Source: Pseudomonadales bacterium (lineage in GTDB: Bacteria; Verrucomicrobiota; Verrucomicrobiia; Limisphaerales; UBA11358). Taken from it: DNA of 62,999 nt. The stretch is from contig DATJXK010000177.1 in assembly GCA_035500235.1 (NCBI GenBank), positions 1-62,999 of the forward strand, written 5' to 3'. Below the pieces are notes generated by a model. The model ran no database searches. It saw nothing but the letters and a program-made list of their open reading frames with translations, and was not told where the DNA came from. Below, one piece after another: positions 18,932 through 27,748 of the stretch (its first letter is position 1; each line of letters opens with the position of its first letter). The position numbers and the translations under genes are program-made.

Positions 18932-19028
18932 ACAAATCTTGATAGCCGCCATTGGCCCCAAATAAAACAATCTCTGCCAGCAATATCAATCCGCGCCTGC
19001 AAGCAATGATAAATAAAGTGGTTTGCAC

Positions 19029-21278
19029 TTAGTGCTGAGGCACATTGGATGCCTCAAATTGCTGTGGGTCGACAGACATGGCAGAAGGAGGGAACGTAGC
19101 CGGGTCTGAACCGAGTTTCTTATTCGGCGTATTTCCCATTTGAAGTTCCAGTGTGCCGCCGTTCGCCAAATCCGCGTGCCGGAACCAAACCTGATCCTGC
19201 GGCTTGCCATCCAAGCGAATGCTTTGGATGTATTTGTTGTCGCTGGAATTATCACGGCAGACAATGGAAAACTTTTTGCCGTTATGCAAATGGATGGTGA
19301 CCCGGTCAAAAACCGGGCTGCAAATATTGTAAACCGGGACGCCGGGAGTGACCGGGTAGAATCCCATCATCGAAAACACAACAAAGGAACTCATGCCGCC
19401 CCCATCTTCGTCTCCCGGCATCCCCAACGTGGTATCCGTGAACCACGTATTCAACAACATGCGAACCCGTTTTTGGGTTTTCCAGGGCGCTCCCACATAA
19501 TCGTAGATGTAGGGGATATGCAGGCTGGGCTCGTTGCCCATGGAGAATTGGCCGACCATGCCGGTCGAATCCGGAAACTTGGCAAAATATTCGTATTTGC
19601 TCCGGCCAATGCCCGTTCGATAGAACCCGTCCAATTTGGCTTCAGCCTTTTCTGGGCCGCCCATTAAAACAATCAATCCCTGCAGGTCGTGTTGAACATC
19701 CCAGTCGTAGGTATAATCATTATTTTCGGTAGTATAATCACGTCCGCCCTGCCCGCCGGACCAGCCGGGGTCAAACGGCTCAATCCAATTTCCCGATGAG
19801 TCCTTCGGCCACATATGATTTTCGCCCTGGCGAAACAAATTTTTGTAGTCGGCTGAACGTTTTAGGAAGAATTGGTAGTCGGCATCGTTACCAAGATCAC
19901 GCGCGATTTGCGCCGTGCACCAGTCATCGTAGCTCTGCGCCAGGGTAACTGAGATGGCCTGACGCCGTTCGCGCGGATGTACCTGGGGGACAGTTTCAGT
20001 TTCCCCGGGATGCAGGGCGGGCATATAACCATTTTCGTTCAGGAAATCATCGAGGGAACATTTTGGGCCCCGGCGCCAGGGCAGCCAGGTACCTTCGACA
20101 GAGTTTTTGCGTATGCCGGCATAGGCGGTGGTGAGGTCGAAATTGGTAATGCCTTTGCTCCAGACATCCGCAGTCCACGCTGCAAACGGATTGCCCGTCA
20201 TACATTCATGATTGCCCCAGAGCACGGCAAATTCCGGCATCCATCCTGATTGTTCATACATTCGCACGTAAGATTGGATCTTATCTCCTTCCATTTCGGG
20301 ATTCAGGATGGTTTGCAACGGCTCCAAAGCCCGATACGTATCCCAAAGCCAGTTATCTACATAAAAAGGGGTGTTATCCTGTTGCACTTTGTGATCAAAG
20401 GCGCTGTAGTATTGTCCATCCTCGGTGATGCAGACCATTCGTTCATAGCAGCGATATAACGAAGTATAAAAAATCCGTTTCTGGTCGGGCGTGCCTCCTT
20501 CGACTTCTATTTGGCCGAGGGTTTCGCTCCAGCGGTCGCGAGCGTTTCGCTTAATTTTATCAAAATTCCATGTGGAAATTTCCTCTGCCAAATTCTTTTT
20601 GGCCTGGGCAACGCTGATAAAGGAAATGCCGTAACGAAATTCCAATACTTTTTGAGGTTCCCGCGTGGTGATGGTCAGTTGTTTACCGGCGTCGCAGGTG
20701 CTAGTTTTGATCTCAACCGGCGCGCTAAATTCTCCGTACACGTAGGCGTGCATGACGCCGGGCGTGATATCGCTTTGGCTGGTGATATCTTCGACGCCGG
20801 AAATAGTGCCATCAGCATTTCCTGACATACTGCCGCCCTGGCGGTTGGCCAGCAGCACAATAGCTTTGCCGGAAGGAAACGTGAAACGGAAATAACCGCT
20901 ATGCGCCGCCGGTGTGAATTCCGTTTGAACCAGCGAATTGTCAAACCGGACTGAATAGTAGTAAGGAGTTTCAACTTCCTGGTCATAGGCCTGGGGACTG
21001 TTCCATGCGTTCGTGGAATCGTTGCCGGGCATTAACCAAAACAGTTCGCCTAAACGGTGGGAAATAATCGTGAGCGGGAATGAATGGATCTGGTCGTCCA
21101 ATTGGTCATTCCTCACCGGATAAACCCGCACCATGCTATTGGGCAATGAGACGGTGGGCTTGGTGGGTTCAAGCAGCATCCCCTGCCCGCCCATGCTTGG
21201 GTCAACGTATTCCAACTGGGCATGGGCAACGCCAGCCCAACCGGCAATCAAAAGGAAAAACCAAATTCGTTTCTTCAT
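19029..21278 (-). CDS. GH92 alpha-mannosidase
   Basis: 749 aa with a signal peptide. GH92 signatures: GNEPSLHIPYIYDYVGAPWKTQ and GMPGDEDGGGMSSFVVFSMMGFYP. Confidence 0.9.
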   Translation of the reverse strand: MKKRIWFFLLIAGWAGVAHAQLEYVDPSMGGQGMLLEPTKPTVSLPNSMVRVYPVRNDQLDDQIHSFPLTIISHRLGELFWLMPGNDSTNAWNSPQAYDQEVETPYYYSVRFDNSLVQTEFTPAAHSGYFRFTFPSGKAIVLLANRQGGSMSGNADGTISGVEDITSQSDITPGVMHAYVYGEFSAPVEIKTSTCDAGKQLTITTREPQKVLEFRYGISFISVAQAKKNLAEEISTWNFDKIKRNARDRWSETLGQIEVEGGTPDQKRIFYTSLYRCYERMVCITEDGQYYSAFDHKVQQDNTPFYVDNWLWDTYRALEPLQTILNPEMEGDKIQSYVRMYEQSGWMPEFAVLWGNHECMTGNPFAAWTADVWSKGITNFDLTTAYAGIRKNSVEGTWLPWRRGPKCSLDDFLNENGYMPALHPGETETVPQVHPRERRQAISVTLAQSYDDWCTAQIARDLGNDADYQFFLKRSADYKNLFRQGENHMWPKDSSGNWIEPFDPGWSGGQGGRDYTTENNDYTYDWDVQHDLQGLIVLMGGPEKAEAKLDGFYRTGIGRSKYEYFAKFPDSTGMVGQFSMGNEPSLHIPYIYDYVGAPWKTQKRVRMLLNTWFTDTTLGMPGDEDGGGMSSFVVFSMMGFYPVTPGVPVYNICSPVFDRVTIHLHNGKKFSIVCRDNSSDNKYIQSIRLDGKPQDQVWFRHADLANGGTLELQMGNTPNKKLGSDPATFPPSAMSVDPQQFEASNVPQH

Positions 21279-21370
21279 TTTTTAAAGTAGATAGCAGGAC
21301 GTGATAATTCTGTTCCGATGATGCGCAATTGATATTCCCAGCCAAGCTAACTGGCCCAAAAATCGGCACA

Positions 21371-21388
21371 ATCCCCGTTTTGGGGGAT
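21371..21388. promoter_or_regulatory. ATCCCC-loop-GGGGAT hairpin, copy E (ATCCCC GTTTTG GGGGAT)
   Basis: 6-bp stem with a 6-nt loop, 92 nt upstream of the GH92 ATG (21278). Confidence 0.55.
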
Positions 21389-21459
21389 ACTTCCTTTTTG
21401 GGAAACCGGCCAGCGTCCGGGCCGTTACGAGAACCTTAGCATTAAGATTTTGCGGTTGG

Positions 21460-22407
21460 TCAGGGATTTAAAGTCCGAACGATAAAATCATCCAGAACCT
21501 TATCAAAGCCCGGGCCGCCGGGAAACGCGTGTCCACCGTTGGGGGTCATCCAATAAGTAACATCCGCACCCTGTTCTTTAAGCTTTTCATAAAGTTCTTT
21601 GCCCTCCAGCCCAGGAACAATGGGGTCTTTTTCTCCGTCACAAATGAGCAACGATGCAACATCCTTCCGCACGTGCCCGACGGGACACATCTGTGTGTAC
21701 AAAGCCTCATGCGCGGCCGTGTCGGGGACAATACCGTGAAAGAGGACGCGAAAATGCGGGCGGGCGTCGTTGGAAATATGGCCATCCGCTCCCCGGAAGG
21801 AAACCTGCCCCGCGCTATTCGTGATGAGGTCGCTCGGTCCCTCATTCCAAAACCGCATAAAATCCGTGGGCGGAATGTAGCTAAAGCTGCCGGAGACCCG
21901 GGCACTGACTCCCTGCAGGCCCGGCGTCGGACCGCCATCATCAAAATCCTCCGGCACCATCGCTGCCATTAAACTCAAATGTCCCCCTGCCGACCCTCCG
22001 CAAACGTCAATGCGATCGGGATCAATGTTGAATCGCTGTGCATTCTTGCGGAGGAAACGAATGGCGTTACGGCAATCGCGAATGTTTTCAGGAAATCCGC
22101 CTTCTGTGCCCAGGCGATAGCGTATCGAGAAAATGGCGATGCCATGCCGCATAAATATCTGCCATCCGCCGACGCCTTCGGGTTGCGACGCGGCATCGCC
22201 GGCAGACCACCAGCCTCCATGAATTTCAACCATGGCTGGGACCGGGTTGGTGGCACCCACGGGCAAAAAAGCATTCAAGGTCAGCAGCTTTCCATCCACC
22301 TTGCAATAAGGAATGTTTAATTCTGTTTTATAATCCCCGGCCCGGGCAGCCACTGAGGCTGCGACCAGCAGACAAGTAACACACATTTTAAGCAACGTGG
22401 ACTTCAT
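21460..22407 (-). CDS. Secreted alpha/beta-hydrolase (carbohydrate esterase/lipase-like)
   Basis: ATG at 22407 (MKSTLLKMCVTCLLVAASVAARA). The track start at 22464 overlaps the shared hairpin. Oxyanion-type motif EIHGGWW and nucleophile elbow GGSAGGH (GxSxG). Confidence 0.8.
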   Translation of the reverse strand: MKSTLLKMCVTCLLVAASVAARAGDYKTELNIPYCKVDGKLLTLNAFLPVGATNPVPAMVEIHGGWWSAGDAASQPEGVGGWQIFMRHGIAIFSIRYRLGTEGGFPENIRDCRNAIRFLRKNAQRFNIDPDRIDVCGGSAGGHLSLMAAMVPEDFDDGGPTPGLQGVSARVSGSFSYIPPTDFMRFWNEGPSDLITNSAGQVSFRGADGHISNDARPHFRVLFHGIVPDTAAHEALYTQMCPVGHVRKDVASLLICDGEKDPIVPGLEGKELYEKLKEQGADVTYWMTPNGGHAFPGGPGFDKVLDDFIVRTLNP

Positions 22408-22440
22408 GCATGCATTGATACGTTCAAGGGGACGGGTCGT

Positions 22441-22462
22441 GCATCCCCAAAAGCGGGGATGC
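22441..22462. promoter_or_regulatory. ATCCCC-loop-GGGGAT hairpin, copy F (GCATCCCC AAAAGC GGGGATGC)
   Basis: 8-bp stem in the divergent region between the esterase ATG (22407, 33 nt away) and the DUF5703 ATG (22523, 60 nt away). Confidence 0.6.
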
Positions 22463-22478
22463 AAGGCAGAGCGAAAAA

Positions 22479-22492
22479 GGCACTATAGTGCC
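22479..22492. promoter_or_regulatory. Perfect 14-nt palindrome GGCACTATAGTGCC followed by ACAA
   Basis: Lies 30 nt upstream of the DUF5703 ATG. GGCAC-N5-TGCCACAA resembles the GGCAT-N5-GGCCACAA core of the 26-nt box. Confidence 0.35.
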
Positions 22493-22522
22493 ACAATATT
22501 CTACCAACAATTTCTTTTACCC

Positions 22523-24838
22523 ATGGCTAAATTGATTTCTCATTCTGCAAAGATATTTCTTTTCGCGTTTCTTTGTTTGGCGAGTTGCTTTGATGTGCCG
22601 GGGAGTTCTGACATGGGGAGCCGCCTGGCTTCGTCAAATAATGTTACCTGGGCGACATTGGGAAAAGATGAAAACGATTCGATGCCGATTGGCAACGGGG
22701 ATCTGGCCGCCAATGTCTGGACGGAGCAGAACGGCGATTTGGTGGTGCTCGTGGCTAAATCCGACGCCTGGACCGAGACCGGCAAACTGGTGAAACTTGG
22801 CCGAGTGCGGATAAAACTGGATCCCAACCCTTTTATTGGCGCCGCAGATTTTTTGCAGACATTAAAACTCGAAAGTGGATGTATCGAGATTCAAAAAGGG
22901 GATAACCTCGTCCGTATTTGGGTGGATGCGAATCATCCAGTCATGCACGTAGAAGGCCACCTGGCGCTGCCTACCACCTTGCAAGCCCATCTCGAACTTT
23001 GGCGCACCAATGTTAATCCATCTTCGGCGCCCTCACCCCAACGCGGCGGTCTATTTGAATTTGGCGGACATACCCTGCCCATTGATTTTGAGCCGGACAC
23101 CGTTCTTCCACCGGACAGGGACAGCCTCACCTGGTACCATTATAATGCTGCCAGTATTTATCCCACGATTTTACAACAGGAACATTTGGACTCACTTTTG
23201 GCTAAATATCCCGATCCTTACTTGCACCGTTGTTTTGGAGCAACGATTGCGGGGCCGAGACTAATTTCCAGTGACGCTCATACTTTGAGATCTTCTTCCC
23301 CTGACAAATACATTCACCTGGATTTGTATGCTCTTACCGAAAAGAACACCTCTCCGCAAACGTGGGAACGTGATTTAAGAACGTCGGCGGCTAAAATTCG
23401 CCGCATCAATTTGCGGACAGCATGGACCCAGCACCAGCAATGGTGGGACGAATTTTGGAATCGCAGTTGGATCCAGGTGGCAGGTTCGCCGGACGCGGCC
23501 AAGGTTTCCCAGGGATACGCGATGCAACGTTATATGATGGGCTGTTCTTCACGCGGCCCGCAGCCCGTCAAATTTAACGGGGGTCTTTTTACCGTTGGTC
23601 GCGACATGCCTGACAATGAAGATTCCACTCCAGGCAACCATAATCCTGATTTTCGCGCCTGGGGCAGTTGCTATTGGAACCAAAACAATCGCCTGCTTTA
23701 CTGGCCGCTGATTGCGACCGGCGATGAAGATTTGTTGCAGCCGTGGTACCAGATGTATTTGGATGCCCTGCCGCTGGCGGAAGACCGCACCCGGCTTTAT
23801 TACCATCACGGGGGCGCGGCCTTTATTGAAACGATGTATTATTGGGGCCTGCCAAACCTGAATGATTTTGGCTGGGACAATCCATCGAATCAATTGGCCA
23901 GTGAATGGATGCGCTATCATGTCCAGGGCGGAGTTGAAGTCGTAGCGCAAATGCTGGACAGCTATGATGATACGCAAGACTCTGACTTTGCGCGCCGCAA
24001 ACTGGTTCCCTTTGCCGCGGCGATCGTGGACTACTATGACCAGCACTGGCCGCGTGATGTGGACGGGAAAATCTGGATGTCCCCTACCCAATCTTTGGAA
24101 ACGTATCAACGGGACGCCGCCAATCCGACACCGGACATCGCCGGCCTGGAAGACGTGCTTCCGCGTTTACTGGCGCTTCCGCTTAAATTTAGTTCTCCAG
24201 AACAGCGCAGTGTTTGGACCAATGTGCTCCGTGATTTGCCGCTCATCACCATGGGCAAAACATCGCAAGGTAAACTGCCGCGCACGGGCGCAGGGGATCC
24301 AGATGGGACGCCGATTATTTTTCCGGCTGAAAAATTCGGCGAGACCCGCAATGCGGAGAATCCCCAACTATACGTGGCTTTCCCCTATCGTTTGTACGGC
24401 GTCGGCAAGCCGGGGCTCGACCTGGCAAGGGAGACTTACGCGGCCCGGCTTTTTCCATTTGTCACCTGCTGGGGACAGGATGGCACGCAGGCGGCCGCCC
24501 TGGGCCTGACGGCCAAGGCGAAGTCAGTAGCGATTAGCGAATTTACTGATTATGGGAACGAGCGGTTTCGCTGGTTTTGGAAAGCGGGCGGCGATTGGAT
24601 TCCAGACCTCGACAACGGAGGCAGCGGCATGATCACACTGCAACTCATGCTTATGCAATGTGACGGAAAACGCATCCTTCTTTTGCCCGCGTGGCCTGCG
24701 GATTGGACGGCGGATTTTAAGTTGAACGCGCCCTATAAAACCACGGTGGAAGGGCATGTCGAAAACGGGCGTGTCTCTCAATTGAAAGTAACTCCGTCAT
24801 CGCGAACGAAAGACGTCGTCATTATGCCGGTGCAATAG
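22523..24838 (+). CDS. DUF5703 / GH95-like putative glycoside hydrolase
   Basis: ATG at 22523 gives MAKLISHSAKIFLFAFLCLASC, a lipoprotein-like signal. The track start at 22397 would overlap the divergent esterase gene. The N-terminal MPIGNGDLAANVWTE..VLVAKSDAW resembles the GH95/GH65-type N-domain, followed by a helical-barrel-like region. Confidence 0.65.
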   Translation: MAKLISHSAKIFLFAFLCLASCFDVPGSSDMGSRLASSNNVTWATLGKDENDSMPIGNGDLAANVWTEQNGDLVVLVAKSDAWTETGKLVKLGRVRIKLDPNPFIGAADFLQTLKLESGCIEIQKGDNLVRIWVDANHPVMHVEGHLALPTTLQAHLELWRTNVNPSSAPSPQRGGLFEFGGHTLPIDFEPDTVLPPDRDSLTWYHYNAASIYPTILQQEHLDSLLAKYPDPYLHRCFGATIAGPRLISSDAHTLRSSSPDKYIHLDLYALTEKNTSPQTWERDLRTSAAKIRRINLRTAWTQHQQWWDEFWNRSWIQVAGSPDAAKVSQGYAMQRYMMGCSSRGPQPVKFNGGLFTVGRDMPDNEDSTPGNHNPDFRAWGSCYWNQNNRLLYWPLIATGDEDLLQPWYQMYLDALPLAEDRTRLYYHHGGAAFIETMYYWGLPNLNDFGWDNPSNQLASEWMRYHVQGGVEVVAQMLDSYDDTQDSDFARRKLVPFAAAIVDYYDQHWPRDVDGKIWMSPTQSLETYQRDAANPTPDIAGLEDVLPRLLALPLKFSSPEQRSVWTNVLRDLPLITMGKTSQGKLPRTGAGDPDGTPIIFPAEKFGETRNAENPQLYVAFPYRLYGVGKPGLDLARETYAARLFPFVTCWGQDGTQAAALGLTAKAKSVAISEFTDYGNERFRWFWKAGGDWIPDLDNGGSGMITLQLMLMQCDGKRILLLPAWPADWTADFKLNAPYKTTVEGHVENGRVSQLKVTPSSRTKDVVIMPVQ

Positions 24839-24847
24839 ATGCAATTC

Positions 24848-27001
24848 TTACGGTGAACGATCTATCTTGGACAATTGACCATCCTTGTATGGTTTCAACG
24901 AATGGCTTGGAGTTCCTGTTGAAATCGTTGCAGTGCTGACAGGCGCATGCCAGACGAGTGAATCCTTCACGGATGTTTTGCCTTTATTACCAACGGCCAT
25001 AATCTCGTTTTTTCCCGGGGACAACGTCAACGGCCAGGTAAAAATGCAATTAGTGCTCGTCACTGTTCCCTGGGATTTGCCATTGAGGAAAAGTTCCACC
25101 GAATCGCAATTGGCATAGGCTTTAGCCATCACGCTATCGGTCAGGCGATTGGTAAAAGTATGGCCGGTAATGTAAACCATGGGATTCGTCGTCCAATTGG
25201 CCTTATAAAAATAGAACGCATCCTTGCGCGTCTTGCGGTCATAGGTCACAAGGCCTTTATCATTGCGGCCCGGGGTATCGCCTTCATTACGGCCGGCCAC
25301 AGCAAAATCAAACATCGTCCATTCGAATTTGCACCACAGGAACGGCCGCGCCTGCATCTGCTGCCAATGAATTTCGTGGTAGAGGTTCTCGTATTCTTCC
25401 GGATGATAATGGCTTTTGTTTTCGGGTTCGGTCACGGGGTTCTCGCTGTGCTGCATAACGCTGCCACCGGCGCCGTACTCACTCACACCAATGCAATGCG
25501 TGGGATAGTTGGAATGGATATTGTCCGCCCACGGACCAAACTCGCCCAGCTTGCCATTGTACCAGCCGAAGTATTTATTAATGGCATTCAATTCTGTACG
25601 CCAATTGGATGGCTCATCGTCGCTCGCGTTAGCGGCAGAAACGGTAAAGCGAGTGGGATCCTCCTGCGCGGCGAGTTGCGCCAGTTCAGTGACGAGTTTT
25701 ACCGGCTTGGGACCAGGCCTTAAAGTGATTTCATTGAACACGCCCCAGCAGACCACGGATGGATGGTTATAGCGCTGATGGATGAGTTCAGTGAGTTGTT
25801 GCTTGGCGCTCGCATAAAAGGCGGGAGATTCGGTGATGCGATTGATCAACGGGATTTCGCTCCAAACAACAATTCCATATTGGTCGGCAAGCTGATACTC
25901 GTAATCGTTGTGCTCATAGTGGGACATGCGGACGGCGGTGGCCCCAATTTCTCTCAGCAACTTGAAGTTTGTTTCTCGCTCCGCGTCCGATACGGCCCAG
26001 CCGTGATTGGGCCAATCCTGGTGCATGCTGACGCCGTGAAGGTCGTAGTGGCAGCCGTTGAGGAAAAAGCCTTTGTTCGGATCCACACTGAAATAACGAA
26101 AGCCCAACCGCTGGGTGATAACGTCCACAACTTTTGAGCCGCGACATAATTCAACATGTGTTTGATATAAATACGGATCGGCGAGGCCATTCCACAGATG
26201 AGGATTGGGGATAGTCGTGGCGGCGATGATGTTTGAGGCCGATTGCGGGGGGAGAGTCGCGATGTTCGTGAGAACGGCGACAATTTTTTTGTCAGCGTCG
26301 GTGACGATGCTACGGACCATGATGGATTGCGCGGCCGCCGTCGAGTTCGAGATCACGGCGGTGACTTGAAGCTGCGCGGAATTGGAGCTGACATCGGTCG
26401 TTTTTAAATAGACTCCTGAGGAACTATAGTTCAGCGGCGAGATTTGCACGGGATCGGTGACCAACAGATGAACATCGCGATAGAGGCCGCCAAAAAAGGT
26501 AAAATCAGCGTCAAGCGGAGGGATGTTGGTGTTGACGGCATTGCTGACTTTGACCGCAATGACGTTGTCCTTGCCAGGATGAAGATAAGGAGTGGCATCA
26601 TAAGTAAATGCCGAAAAACCGCCCTGATGCTCGCCTAAAAAACTGCCATTGATGTAAACGTCCGTGACAAGGAATGCCCCGTCAAATTTGAGGAACAAAT
26701 GACGGTCCCGCTCGCTCCGGCTCACGGAAAGGTGTTTTCGATACCAGCCAATACCGCGGTAATAATTCGTATTACCTTCCTGGCCGTCATAATTATTCCA
26801 GGTATGCGGCAGGTTCAATTTGGTCCATGAGGCATCGTCAAAGGACGCGTCTTGCGCGCCGGCGACGTCCTGCCGGATGAATTTCCAGCCGGAATCCAAA
26901 TTTACATCCTGCCGGTTACCTTTGGCCGGATGATAATTCTGCGCGACCACCGGCATCGCCAGGAGCGTAAGGAGAACGGTTGCCAGATAAATTCGAATCA
27001 T
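24848..27001 (-). CDS. GH2 glycoside hydrolase (beta-galactosidase/beta-glucuronidase family)
   Basis: ATG at 27001 (MIRIYLATVLLTLLAMPVVAQ). Alternative starts are at 27028 and 27049. Motifs: NLPHTWN, RMSHYEHNDYEYQLADQYGIVVWSEIP, NHPSVVCWGVFNE and SEYGAGG. Confidence 0.9.
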   Translation of the reverse strand: MIRIYLATVLLTLLAMPVVAQNYHPAKGNRQDVNLDSGWKFIRQDVAGAQDASFDDASWTKLNLPHTWNNYDGQEGNTNYYRGIGWYRKHLSVSRSERDRHLFLKFDGAFLVTDVYINGSFLGEHQGGFSAFTYDATPYLHPGKDNVIAVKVSNAVNTNIPPLDADFTFFGGLYRDVHLLVTDPVQISPLNYSSSGVYLKTTDVSSNSAQLQVTAVISNSTAAAQSIMVRSIVTDADKKIVAVLTNIATLPPQSASNIIAATTIPNPHLWNGLADPYLYQTHVELCRGSKVVDVITQRLGFRYFSVDPNKGFFLNGCHYDLHGVSMHQDWPNHGWAVSDAERETNFKLLREIGATAVRMSHYEHNDYEYQLADQYGIVVWSEIPLINRITESPAFYASAKQQLTELIHQRYNHPSVVCWGVFNEITLRPGPKPVKLVTELAQLAAQEDPTRFTVSAANASDDEPSNWRTELNAINKYFGWYNGKLGEFGPWADNIHSNYPTHCIGVSEYGAGGSVMQHSENPVTEPENKSHYHPEEYENLYHEIHWQQMQARPFLWCKFEWTMFDFAVAGRNEGDTPGRNDKGLVTYDRKTRKDAFYFYKANWTTNPMVYITGHTFTNRLTDSVMAKAYANCDSVELFLNGKSQGTVTSTNCIFTWPLTLSPGKNEIMAVGNKGKTSVKDSLVWHAPVSTATISTGTPSHSLKPYKDGQLSKIDRSP

Positions 27002-27076
27002 GCCTTTCAAATGAAATATGCGGCCCATATCAGGGACAGTTTTTGACATAAGATAAATACGCCAAGATGTTTATAC

Positions 27077-27094
27077 ATCCCTCTTTCGAGGGGT
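27077..27094. promoter_or_regulatory. Hairpin copy G, compensatory variant (ATCCCTC TTTC GAGGGGT)
   Basis: 7-bp stem including one G-U pair. It abuts the response-regulator stop codon (27095) and lies 75 nt upstream of the GH2 ATG (27001). Relative to copies A-F, both arms changed together: CCCCG/CGGGG became CCCTC/GAGGG. Confidence 0.55.
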
Positions 27095-27748
27095 TCATAT
27101 AAGAGATTTGGAACGTCCCTGGAGATGGATGATCCCGCGCTGGATGGCCGTGGTGACCGCTTCAGTGCGGTCGGCGACCTGGAGCTTTCCAAGGATATTT
27201 TTTAAATGATCTTTTACGGTGTGTTCGGAAATGTTCAAGGTATCGGCGATTTCCTTGTTGGCGCGGCCCTTGGCCAGCTCGTTTAACACATCCACTTCGC
27301 GGGAGGTCAATTGCTCGCGAATTTTTCGCAACTCAAGCTGGCTGGCGACGTCCTTGGGAATCCAATTTTGGCCGGCGGCAACAGTGCGGAGCGCGGGGAC
27401 TAATTTATCACCGGTCGTATTTTTCAAGACATATCCCTGGGCGCCTGCCTGGAGCGCGCGGTAAATATCTTCGTCTCCATCAAACGCGCTCAAAACCAAA
27501 ATACGCGCGTCGGGAAATTCAACACGGATTTCGCCGATGGTTTGGATTCCGCCTTTGCCAGGCATTCTTAAATCGAGCAAAAGTAAATCGGGACGGTGGC
27601 GGGTAAACAACGTGAGGGCTTCATTGCCGTCCGCCGCTTCGGCAACGACTTCCATGTCGGCCTCGGTATTCACGAGCGCCGTCAACCCCATGCGAACGAT
27701 GTAGTGGTCGTCCGCGATCAATATTCGAATTTTATCTGATTTTTTCAC
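27095..27748 (-). CDS. NarL/FixJ-family response regulator (REC + LuxR-type HTH)
   Basis: 217 aa with a GTG start at 27748. The start overlaps the kinase stop by 4 nt (GTGA). REC motifs: ILIADDH and LLLLDLRMPG. HTH: LTSREVDVLNELAKGRANKEIADTLNISEHTVKDHLKNILGKL. Confidence 0.92.
   Translation of the reverse strand: MKKSDKIRILIADDHYIVRMGLTALVNTEADMEVVAEAADGNEALTLFTRHRPDLLLLDLRMPGKGGIQTIGEIRVEFPDARILVLSAFDGDEDIYRALQAGAQGYVLKNTTGDKLVPALRTVAAGQNWIPKDVASQLELRKIREQLTSREVDVLNELAKGRANKEIADTLNISEHTVKDHLKNILGKLQVADRTEAVTTAIQRGIIHLQGRSKSLI

Noticed and set aside
22397-22522. N-terminal extensions given by the ORF track. Examples are 22397, 22464, 16580, 18970, 27049, 31141, 32118, 36273, 41073, 45842 and 56643.
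   Set aside because: The track translates GTG/TTG first codons as M and takes the longest ORF. The extensions overlap neighbouring genes or conserved hairpins and precede obvious signal peptides that begin at internal ATGs. I used the internal starts, but these remain predictions.
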